Below are positions 10,062 through 19,766 of a stretch of 19,766 nt of DNA, one piece after another; position 1 is the stretch's first letter, and each line of letters opens with the position of its first letter. The notes below the pieces were generated by a model. That model was not told the origin of the DNA. It did not search any database and worked only from the letters and a program-made list of their open reading frames with translations. The DNA comes from Octopus sinensis. Lineage: Eukaryota. Made by a program: the position numbers and the translations under genes. Location of the stretch: NCBI RefSeq assembly GCF_006345805.1, contig NW_021824235.1, positions 1 to 19,766 of the forward strand. The letters are read 5' to 3'.

Positions 10062-11014
10062 TGGAAAGGAGAGAAATGGCTGACAAAATAATTTAAGTAA
10101 GGGAGAGTTATTTTAATTAGGTGAAAGTTCTTTTTACCGGTTGCGCATTTGTTATGCTTATCAAAAGATATTTTGAGTGAGATAGAGTTCCTTTCTGATT
10201 GATTTTTTTCTTTTATATACGTCATGGAAACCGGGAAACTGGCCCTTATGAGTGCGTATGGCTCGAAGAGGAAACTTTATTTCCTTTACTAGTCCGCCAT
10301 CATAATATGGCTGACCGAAGAAAATAAAGAAGTATCTAACCCGAAATGATGATGCTATGTAAAAATCGTGGTCACAAGTTCAAACCAGCTGAAGCCATTA
10401 AGCTGGGTTTCTTGACACACTGTTTTATGCGGTCATACCTCAGTTCATCTCAACCAGCAAGGGCCTGCTTCATATCGGAATGTCCAAAATATAGATCTAC
10501 TTTGCTGCTTGATGTGAATTCTCTCTTTTTTTATCATTGACACGTTTGGCAGCTATTCGAGATGTCCCATTCCACGTTAATCTAACTCACTTTGAATATG
10601 TATATATTTATCACCAAAATGAATGTCATCCTCAGCTACCTATTCACCAATCAGCGAAAGGTAAACAACTGAATGGAATGCCAGAGACTAAAAAAAGCGG
10701 GCTAGATGCCTTTCTATACTTGACAATCAAGGTTCAAACCCCATCAGAACCAACTGCTTCTCTCATCTAAATCCGGGAAGAAAATTTATCAAAATATATC
10801 CCAGAGATGAGAGGTAGGATGGAAGGATGGAGAGAAGTGACTTTACAATCTTCTGGCTTTGTGCTAATGCCAGATTATTAATGGTTTATTTTACCGCAGA
10901 TAATTTTTTTTTTTTTGTGTGTGTTTTGATTTGCTTCTACCACATTCTACATTAGACCTCTTTTAACTGAAATTAATCCTAATAGATTATAAATGGTTTT
11001 ATTTTTAATGCCAG

Positions 11015-11035
11015 AATATGAAGAATATATCGCCG
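11015..11035 (+). CDS. Candidate 21-nt frame-preserving microexon
   Basis: TTTTATTTTTAATGCCAG|AATATGAAGAATATATCGCCG|GTGAGC. Near-consensus donor; open in phase 1 (xYEEYIA) and phase 0 (NMKNISP). Confidence 0.5.
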
Positions 11036-11799
11036 GTGAGCGATGTCAACCGTCCACGTAATTTCATAATACGAAATATAAATAAATGTTTAAATTATGT
11101 TATCAATTTTTGATTAGCCCGTTCGACCCCGTCTTTAAGCTCAAACGTCCAACGAGTCTATTATTTAACTAATGCATGTAAAAGCAAAAACAAACAAAAA
11201 AAAATATTGCATATAATAACAAGCAACGAAAATGTCCGCTCTGCAGCAAATGACATCGTGTGATAAATGAGTTTCAGGGATAAATACGAGAAAAAGTAAT
11301 TAACCGCAAAGGAATTCTATTGATTCGAAAATATACGGCGGCGATACTATATCATACGATATAGGATATTTTCAGCAAAACTGATTGTGAAAGTGAAAAA
11401 CTAACAACGTATGGTACGTATAGGGTTCAACTAAGGTCGTATAATTTTCAGGAAACAAGGGCAGTGTTGGTAATCTGTAATTTTCTCTCGAACTTCGGAG
11501 CCGTTGCCACGTGATTAAACTGCGTCACAGCAACGGTATTTGATGTGGAACAGTCGGTTTAAATTAGTTTTATGTAGGTAATGAATGCATGGTGTTCACT
11601 AAAATTGATTAGATGAGATGGTCAAAGATCTTGAATTCATTTGGTCGTTCCGGGAAATTTGAATAAATAGAGATAATAAAAGATATTGCTTATGCCTTAG
11701 CCGGGGATGCGTACGGAGTTATGGAAAAATAAAACGGGTGAAGGCGTAGCTGCTGTTATTATTTAATCATATCATTGTTTCCGATGAATTAAGGCATAG

Positions 11800-12131
11800 A
11801 CCACCGGTGGCGTTGCGATGTCAAAGGCCAAATTGTAGATAGGCGCTTGTTGGGGGTCATGAATATTTGCCGACCAATCAGAATAGTTCCACTAATCATA
11901 TGCGAAAGCCGCTTCTTAGATATTCTATCAAACAATCATAAATTGTGATTTCTTTTGATTTAACACTGAGAGCAAATTCCTTTCGGAACTAAACGAAATT
12001 CTCGCGAAAACGACGCAAGACTACAATAATTAATGAGATAAAAACTCAATTTAGAGAGAGAGAGAGGGACGCAGTTTCAATCCTTGGTTGTGGCGATTTC
12101 ATGTTACTTTAATAACGCCTTTCAGGTAAAG
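11800..12131. promoter_or_regulatory. Repeat-free, CpG-containing promoter-like segment
   Basis: CCAATCAG at 11874, TTCTCGCGAAAA at 11999-12010, GACTACAAT at 12019-12027, (GA)n at about 12052-12066, donor-like CAG|GTAAAG at 12125. Motif-only evidence. Confidence 0.3.
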
Positions 12132-12263
12132 TATGTGTGCCACAACATTACAAATGAAGATCTATGAAATATAGATCCCACACATTGGTAATATAAGACT
12201 GATTTCAGTATTGTTAAAAATTTTGTGCAAAATGTCAACAAAGATTATTAGACATTGTGTATA

Positions 12264-12324
<61 letters not shown>

Positions 12325-12390
12325 TTTATTTAAAGCAGCAGAAATTTCAACAAAACCTGTTACTCTGAGTTTCCCGTTGCCGTTCATATA

Positions 12391-12434
<44 letters not shown>

Positions 12435-12438
12435 TGTG

Positions 12439-12665
12439 TTCTTTTATTTGTTTCAGTCATTTGACTACGACCATGCTGGAGCGCCGCCTTTAGTCGTACA
12501 AATCAACCCCAGGACTTACTCTTTGTAAGTCTAGTACCTATTCTATTGGTCTCCTTTACCGAATCGCAAAGTTATAGGACGTAAACACACCAACATCGGT
12601 TGTCAAGCGATGGTGAAGGGACGAACACAGACACACAAACATATACACATACATACATACATACA

Positions 12666-12697
<32 letters not shown>

Positions 12698-12861
12698 CAC
12701 ATATATATTTATATACGACAAGCTTCTTTTAGTTTCCGTCAACCAAATCCACTCACAAGGACCGAGCCTATAATACAAATCACTTGCCCAAGGTGCCACG
12801 CAGTGGGACTGAAGCTGGAACCATGTGATTGGTAAGCAAGCTACTTACCACACAGCTACTC
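12439..12861 (-). mobile_element. tRNA-derived SINE, family A, near full length with internal (ACAT)n
   Basis: Its head is the reverse complement of 14711-14866 (CCCAAGGTGCCACGCAGTGGGACTGAA..GGAACCATGTG.TTGGTAAGCAAGCTACTTACCACACAGC). Its tail matches 14887-15010 and the reverse complement of 17792-17890. Confidence 0.9.
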
Positions 12862-13309
12862 ACACATATATACAAAAACATATTCAAGCATGTAAGTCTA
12901 TATGTGTGCATAGATACGGATATGCAAATATACACACACACATATATCTATTTACTTGTGTGTGTGTTAAATATAATTTCATGTATATAGGTGATATATA
13001 TATTTTTCAGTTTTTAATTTGATTTCGTCTCATTTTTTAATGTTTACGTCATTTCATCAACGCCCAATCGATTTTATCGAAACGATATTTTTCTTTGTAG
13101 TCAGTTGGGTATGAGTAGCTCCGTTTATAAACATTCGTGAGCGACCATCTTGTTAAAAAAAAAGACCCAAAGAAACTGACCAGTTGTTTATTGATCGGTT
13201 ACGCGAAACTGCGTAATAGCTTGTGAAGTCTTTTCAGCCCCAATAACACATGATAGAATGGAGAATACGGTTGTTGTAGTTGTGGAAGCGTTGACAGAGG
13301 TTGCTTTTT

Positions 13310-13523
13310 GGCGGCGAGTTGGCAGAATCGTTAGCACGCCGGGCAAAATGCTTTGCGGCATTCCGTCCATCTTTACGTCCTGAGTTCAAATCCAACCGAA
13401 GCTGGCTTTGTCTTTTATTCTTTGGGGGGTCGATAAAATAAGTACCAATTGAGCACTGGAGTCGTTGTCATTGACTCATCACTTCCCACCAGATTGCTTG
13501 CCTTGTAAAAAAAACTTCGAAAC
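13310..13523 (+). mobile_element. tRNA-derived SINE, family B
   Basis: GGCGGCGAGTTGGCAGAATCGTTAGCACGCCGGG...GAGTTCAAATCC...GGGGTCGATAAAATAAGTACC; homologous to the other family B copies. Confidence 0.85.
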
Positions 13524-14448
13524 CGGTATTTGTTATATACAGAAATGGTGAGGTGGGAGTGATGAAGCCGGTGGAGGTAATAGTGGCGATAAAGATGACA
13601 GTGGTTTGGATGGTGGTACAGTATTGAAGATGGAATGGTAGCTTTGATAGTTGTGGTGGATGTAGCGACTTTAATAGCGATGGTGATACCGATGATGATA
13701 GATTACGTAAGGTCAATCACGGCCGTTCCAAGTGCAAATCTTTTAGACATTCGTGTGTGATTATGAAAGCTATATATCTTGATATTTTTAGCTAGTTGAA
13801 CGACCACATAGACACTCAATCATTCTTCTTGTTTAAGTGCGAGTTTATTTAAATTAGTATTAATTGACCATGCCCATCCTTATGAGATCTGTCAAAACAT
13901 GAGCAATATAATTTTACATAATGTGTAATAGTTTTAATATCTGTGATATTTGTATTAGACTTTTAAACATAATTTTAAGGCACCTTATAGCGATTTCGAA
14001 AATTCGATGCGATATGATGCATTAACCGAAATATCAAATTATTCCAGTGCATCGTTGGTGGTCTTTTTAGCAGATGTATTTTCTTGTCTAGTGAAATAGG
14101 AAGTGTCTATGTATTTCGTCTAATGATATCACATGCATGAATTACCTAGCCAGCTGTGAAAATATCTATATATTTATTTTAATATTGTTACATTGCATTT
14201 CCGCCAGTTAGATCCCGAAATACGTACAAACATTTATTCATACCAAAATACACACATATACACACACACACGTACACACAAACATATACTAATATTAATA
14301 TTAATATATTTTATTTCATTATATTATATTATATTACATTACGTTATATACCATATTATATTATATTACATGTAGTCCCATCAACCAGACCCGTGAACCG
14401 AATGTGGTCTCTGCAGGACCCTTGCAAATAATATACATACTTTACAAT

Positions 14449-14560
14449 GGCGGTTCTCAACTGGTGTCCTATATGACTCCGTGGGAGTCCATATACGTTA
14501 TTTTTTTTTGTGGGTGCACATAGTAAATTGGGGATCCATTGTAGTATTTTAAGGGTCCAT
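14449..14560 (+). mobile_element. Possible hAT-type MITE end fragment
   Basis: GGCGGTTCTCAACTGGTGTCC resembles hAT termini (CAGTGGTTCTCAAC). No matching second TIR found. Confidence 0.3.
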
Positions 14561-14699
14561 GAAAACATTTGATTTAGGTGTATTTCTTGCAAGCAACACC
14601 TAGGTTTCTTTTCCTAATGTTTTATATAGATCAAGCTACACAAGAGAATATGCAAAAAAAAAACACAAAGAGGTTTTTTGAAAGAAGTAGAAAGTATCA

Positions 14700-14870
14700 T
14701 AGGCGCAGGAGTGGCTGTGTGGTAAGTAGCTTGCTTACCAACCACATGGTTCTGGGTTCAGTCCCACTGCGTGGCACATTGGGCAAGTGTCTTCTACTAT
14801 AGCCTCGGTCCAACCAAAGCCTTGTGAGTGGATTTGGTAGACGGAAACTGAAAGAAGCCTGTCGTATATA
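14700..14870 (+). mobile_element. tRNA-derived SINE, family A (5' half)
   Basis: A-box-like TGGCTGTGTGGT (14712-14723) and B-box-like GGTTCAGTCCC (14755-14765); homologous to the other family A copies. Confidence 0.9.
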
Positions 14871-14886
14871 TGTATATGTGTGTGTG

Positions 14887-15188
14887 CCTTAAGTCGAGCA
14901 AATCGACACCAGGAGTTACTATATCGGTCTCTTTTGCCGAACCGCTAGGTTACGGAGACGTAAACACACCAGCATCAGTTGTTGAGCGATGTTGGGGAGA
15001 CAAACACAGACACACAAACTAACACACACATATATAAATAAACATATATACGACGCGCTTCTTTCAGTTTCCGTTACAAGGCTTTGGTCGGCCCGAGGCT
15101 ATAGTAGAAGACACTTGCCCAAGGTTCCACGCAGTGGGACTGAACCCGGAACTATGTGGCTGGTAAGCAAGCTAGATGCCACACAGCC
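14887..15188 (-). mobile_element. tRNA-derived SINE, family A, inverted relative to 14700-14870
   Basis: 15045-15188 is the reverse complement of 14711-14870 apart from substitutions and one short deletion. Confidence 0.9.
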
Positions 15189-15189
15189 T

Positions 15190-15526
15190 GGAAAGTGTGC
15201 ATTGTGAGCATGTCTTGCCAAATATCACTCGCAAAACTCCCCTCTTCTGTCCGGATATTCTTCATTGAAAATATATACTACTCTTGAAGCGTAACTTTTT
15301 CGTTGACAGTGCTTCGAAATGCGATGGTCGTTTGTTTAGAATTTTCTCTAATAACTCGTTTGCAAACTTTGGCAAAACCTTTCTTGTACCCATTGATCTT
15401 TTACGGGGTTTATCGATGTCCACTTCGATTGTGCTTTCAAACTCCTGGTTGCTCTGCTCCTTGGGATAAATTTCCTTTTTCAAAGTTTAGGCAGGCTACT
15501 TTCAATATTTCTAATTGGTTAAATCT
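15190..15526 (-). pseudogene. Possible decayed coding fragment of unknown origin
   Basis: Strong minus-strand acceptor CTTAATTTTTATTTCTTTGTAG| at 15525, followed by three overlapping protein-like frames (FNQLEILKVACLNFEK.., KEQSNQEFESTIEVDIDKPRKRSMG.., FNEEYPDRRGSFASDIWQDML). Ends at a SINE. Confidence 0.25.
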
Positions 15527-15589
15527 ACAAAGAAATAAAAATTAAGCAAGTTACCAGCAGTTCAAGTGTGTATGCATATTTTAGACATC

Positions 15590-15689
15590 TGTATATATGT
15601 TTACGTATATATATATATAATATATATAAGATAATATTAAGTTAACTTCTAATTTCAGATGTATTATATATGTATATATATATATATAT

Positions 15690-15720
<31 letters not shown>

Positions 15721-15721
15721 A

Positions 15722-15752
<31 letters not shown>

Positions 15753-15933
15753 CTGTTGTGTCTGGGGAGAGGTTATTTTCTTTTTGTACTTTATACTTTA
15801 ACACATTCGCCGGTAAAATTTCCACTTATTCTCATTTTTATTTTCCTAAAATTTTCGTTGCATCTTGCAACCTTTTCAATTGCGTTAACTCATATAAAGA
15901 ATCTTGCAAACCAAATCCAAATACGAAAGGTAT

Positions 15934-15976
<43 letters not shown>

Positions 15977-16011
15977 TGCATTTAAATCTCTCTCTCTCTC
16001 TTCTCTCTCTA

Positions 16012-16068
<57 letters not shown>

Positions 16069-16090
16069 GTGTGTGTGTGTGTGTGTGTTT
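15590..16090. repeat. (TA)n,(CT)n,(TG)n tracts
   Basis: Direct inspection. Confidence 0.85.
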
Positions 16091-16599
16091 ATTGTGTACA
16101 CACGTGCAACCAAGGCAGTGGTATGGAATAACCTACAATAGTAAACATATGCGTTGCAGGGGCAAAAGTCCACACAGCGATACAGCAGACTGGATTCAGT
16201 TACATGGATTGATTCCAAGGGAACAAAACAAATATATCGCCTCTCTATTCTTGAAGGAGGAGAAAAAAATGTCTTAAATTTATTACGTAAACATATCTTA
16301 CATTAGCCTAATAGAAACAACACCCATTTTGTACCAAAGACCCTCGAAAATATATGAAGGTAACCACTAATTGCTCTGCTCTGACACTTGGGTTTTCTAA
16401 CAAACGGGTCATCTTCCATATTTTTTGCCGTCGGTTGTTCAAAACCGAAATCACAATTGAGTGTTTTTCTTATGCACTGAGAGAGTTGCACTTGATGGCG
16501 TGTTGATTTTAGCTGGCTATACATACGCATTAGTATGTACGTGCATGTATGTATACGTATACGTATATGCCTCTATGTGTAAGTATATGTTCATGTATA

Positions 16600-16777
16600 T
16601 GAGTGTATGTATATATCGTATATATATATATATATATATATGTCTGTGTGTGTGTACATATGTATCAACATAGAAATAATGACAAACACTCATTCATAAA
16701 TACGCACGTTCGTACACACTCACATATACACAATTATATATACATTTATATGCATATATATATATATGTATATAATA

Positions 16778-16828
<51 letters not shown>

Positions 16829-16905
16829 ATTTGTATATATATATATAGTAGATATATATATAGTATATTTGTATATATTTATTATATATATATATGTATG
16901 TAATT

Positions 16906-16943
<38 letters not shown>

Positions 16944-17072
16944 TGGATGTATGTATTATATATTTATATATACTAACATAATACGGACATCCACTCACAT
17001 ATGTATAAACACTGACACACACAAGTGCACACAAATATATACATACACATATGATTCTATGTATGTATATGG

Positions 17073-17105
<33 letters not shown>

Positions 17106-17380
17106 TGCATGTATGTATGTATGTATGTATGTATGTATGTATGTCTCAGCATTTTATCTCAGCTGATGCACGCATACATAACCGCATACAGACACTCACA
17201 CGCACACAAAAACACACACACACACAAACATACAGATACACGCTCAGATCTCTCTCCCTCTTTCTCTGTCTCTGTCTCTCTCTCTCCCTCTTTTATGTTT
17301 CTGTCTCTCTCTCTCTCCCTCTTTTATGTCTCTGTCTCTCTCTCTCTCTCCTTCTCCTCCCCTCTCTCACTCACTCTGTG
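16600..17380. repeat. (TA)n,(TATG)n,(CA)n,(CT)n compound low-complexity region
   Basis: Direct inspection. Confidence 0.85.
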
Positions 17381-17791
17381 TATATGATCTACACGAACAT
17401 GTGGTGCAGCTTTGTAAATCCCCAATAGCAAGTTCATTCGGTGCATTTTGTATTCTGCTGTACCGTAATGAACTTATATCACTAAGTGGATATGGCTGTA
17501 ATTATACTTAAAATCTTAATAATCTTAGATTCTCCTAGGCTTGGTTTTACGGCAGATTCTAACATATATGGCATCGTAATAACCACCTTTCTACGGAGAG
17601 AATTACGTTTGTATTTAAGCACCATGTTTCACGTAGGATTGTCAAAGCGGTCGTAAAATGCGTTAATTATCATATCTTTGATGATGTTGTGGCGTTGTTG
17701 TTGTTGTTGTTGTTGTTGTTGCTGTTGTTGTTGTTACATTTGTTGTATTTCATTTGTTGCCGATCAGCCATTGTATCATCGACGATTCCGT

Positions 17792-17920
17792 AAAGGAGAC
17801 CGATAGAATAAGTACTAGGCTTACAAGGAATAAGTCCTGGGGGTCGATTTGCTCGACTAAAGGCGGTGCTCCAGCATGGCCGCAGTCAATTAAGTGGAAC
17901 ATGTAAAAGAGTAAAAGAGA
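17792..17920 (+). mobile_element. SINE family A, 3' fragment
   Basis: GAGACCGATAGAATAAGTACTAGGCTTACAA..GTCGATTTGCTCGACTAAAGGCGGTGCTCCAGCATGGCCGCAGTCA is the reverse complement of the 12445-12560 segment. Confidence 0.85.
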
Positions 17921-17925
17921 ATTAA

Positions 17926-18981
17926 TTTTTTAGTTGCAGGTCAGCCATTGTATCAACGACGAGTCCATCTACGATTTAGCCGTTCCAACTGTGACCTTTC
18001 CGTCTGTCCTGCTTTTCATAGTGTTATCTAATTTTTGGAGACAGACCAGTAATTTTAGAAGGGGCCAAGTCGATTGCATCGACCCCAGAGTTTTATTGAT
18101 ACTATTGTATTGACCCTCGAAAGAATGAAAAATAAACTCGACCTCGATGCATTGGAAATCAACGTAGAGAGCCGGAGAAAATGTTGCTAATTATATTATC
18201 CGGAGTGTTAAGGATTACGTCAGTTCACCACCTTCTCTTTTATTAGAGTGGGGCCAAGGCGATTGCTTTGACACCAGTGTTTAACTGGTTTTTTATGTTT
18301 TGACCCCGAAAGAATGGAAAACAAACTCGACCTCATTGCATTGGAACTCAACGTAGAGAGCCGGATGAAATGTTGCTAATTATATAATCCGGAGTGTTAA
18401 CGGCTGTGCCAGCTCCCCAACTTCTCTACTATTATTTTTTTAGTTGCAGGTCAGCCATTGTATCAGCGACGAGTCCATCTACGATTTAGCCGTTCCAACT
18501 GTGACCTTGCCGTCTGCTTTTTATAATTAATGCTAGGCCAGTAATTGTAGAAGAGTAGGGCCAAGGCGATTGCATCGATACCAGTGTTTAACTGGTTTTT
18601 ATCTTATTTACTCCGAAAGGATGGGAAACAAACTCGACCTAGGTGCATTGGAACTCAACGTAGAGAACCGGAGGAAATGTTGCTTATTATATTCTCCGGA
18701 GTATTAACAATTCTGGCAGCTCGCTACCTTCCTGTATTTTCTCTTCTAGTTTTTACATCATTAATGTTTTCAAATATAGACCCATGGTCTTCAGTTTCAG
18801 GTAAAGGATCAGGTCAATTACACTGGCCCTAGTGCTGAACCGGTAATTTATTCTATTGTCCCCGAAAAGGATGAACAGCTATGGTCCTCATTGAACATTT
18901 GAACTCACAATGTAAAACCGAAAGAAATGCCACTAGATATTTTATTCGGCACGCTCTTGATTCTGCTAGACCGCAACCTTC
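17926..18981 (-). repeat. Tandem block of four diverged family B SINE copies (about 18061-18237, 18250-18426, 18558-18731, 18815-18981) with a duplicated spacer (about 17926-18005 and 18436-18515)
   Basis: Three copies share CTCGACCT..TGCATTGGAA.TCAACGTAGAGA.CCGGA..AAATGTTGCT.ATTATA...TCCGGAGT.TTAA. The spacer TTTTTTAGTTGCAGGTCAGCCATTGTATCA.CGACGAGTCCATCTACGATTTAGCCGTTCCAACTGTGACCTT occurs twice. Confidence 0.85.
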
Positions 18982-19505
18982 CTGTTTTTCATAATTCATG
19001 CATCTACATAATTTTGTGTGTGGTGGTGATGGTGGGTTGTCTTCTCAAGATGATAGTTATGTAATTTGAATTTGAAAGAGATTGATTGCACTGCTATTTC
19101 TCGGAGGTCCAAAGGAAGCATTTTGACCTGTGAGCCTCAATCAAAAATACGCAAGCCTTTGACAGTACCAAAATGTCGCAAAGGGTGTCCATGAGTTTTT
19201 AAAGTCTAAATAGTAAAGTGTGAGTTTTCAGTTATATACAGCTTTGAACTGAGAGATGAAAGTGGGAAAAACAAGTTCAAAGTATTTAATAAAAATGGTT
19301 TATTGAGAAGAAAATTTGTTATGAAAAGCATGAGCTAATCTTTTCAGTTCAAATATCTGACCTTAACTTTAGCTATATGATGAACTGAAGATCTCAGGTT
19401 CAGTTACACTGCCCGGCATTTTGGGTAAATGCCTTTTTTATATAGACGCGGGTGACCTTTGTTGTGTAAGTGAAGTTGTTTGATGGAAAATCTGAAAGAT
19501 TGTTA

Positions 19506-19528
19506 TACACACACACACACACACACGC

Positions 19529-19580
<52 letters not shown>

Positions 19581-19621
19581 ATATATATAGGTATATATAT
19601 ATATATATAATATATATATAT
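19506..19621. repeat. (CA)n(TA)n microsatellite
   Basis: Direct inspection. Confidence 0.95.
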
Positions 19622-19658
19622 CAATTAATCAAAATAAAAACATGATGCCAAGGATTCA

Positions 19659-19736
19659 GCGGTACATATGTTTCGGGTCTTTATTAGACGGATTTATAAG
19701 AATGCATAATGGGTGTCTATGGCCTTCTTCAGCCGC
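19659..19736 (-). ncRNA. Candidate type I hammerhead ribozyme (Penelope-associated type, palindromic helix III)
   Basis: Minus strand: GCGG CUGAAGA A[GG..49 nt incl. imperfect helix II..CC]C GAA ACAUAUGU A CCGC. Full core, 4-bp GC helix I, palindromic ACAUAUGU, GUA cleavage triplet. Confidence 0.55.
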
Positions 19737-19766
19737 GCACAATTACTACCTCAAGGACATGTATTA

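Noticed and set aside
10553-10660. Possible 108-nt phase 1-1 exon (acceptor 10552, AAG|GTAAAC)
   Set aside because: The frame is open but the acceptor is atypical and the peptide unrecognised. Worth checking in the same RNA-seq analysis, but not called.
11452-11469. Possible 18-nt microexon (TTTTCAG| ... |GTAATC)
   Set aside because: Short pyrimidine tract, weaker donor and no adjacent UGC; expected by chance.
12330-12385. Short fragment between TA tracts with GAAACTC on the minus strand (possible ribozyme remnant)
   Set aside because: The CUGANGA core is missing and the fragment is too short to classify.
13101-13547. 8-nt (13101-13108) and 5-nt (13543-13547) AG..GT intervals
   Set aside because: Not frame-preserving, and the second lies at a SINE tail; likely chance.
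14700-14770. tRNA gene (also 9752-9820 and 13310-13395)
   Set aside because: A/B boxes are present but there is no complete cloverleaf, and each continues into a multi-copy SINE body.
17926-18981. Repeat-spacer pattern resembling a CRISPR array
   Set aside because: Units are about 175-nt diverged SINE copies in eukaryotic DNA, without short identical repeats, unique spacers or cas genes.

Overview
AT-rich, microsatellite-dense animal genomic DNA. The SINE families and the (TA)n/(TATG)n/(GATA)n/(AAT)n/(AAG)n load match my recollection of octopod cephalopod (Octopus-like) genomes; this is inference, no search was run. There is no complete gene, and almost all listed six-frame ORFs are microsatellite artefacts. 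Supportable content: (1) a dead, rearranged R4/Dong-like RLE non-LTR retrotransposon (1205-2809); (2) a 323-bp internally deleted mariner with both TIRs and a TA duplication (9161-9487); (3) about a dozen copies or fragments of three tRNA-derived SINE families, including an inverted pair and a locally amplified tandem block; (4) candidate + strand exons of an unidentified host gene, including a 21-nt microexon with neural-microexon-like signals, so much of the window is probably intronic; (5) a type I hammerhead ribozyme candidate with a complete catalytic core and palindromic helix III on the minus strand at 19659-19736, plus a degenerate one at about 7395-7433, both of the Penelope-associated architecture. 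I see no firm evidence for a wholly new system. The hammerhead and the microexon are the best leads.
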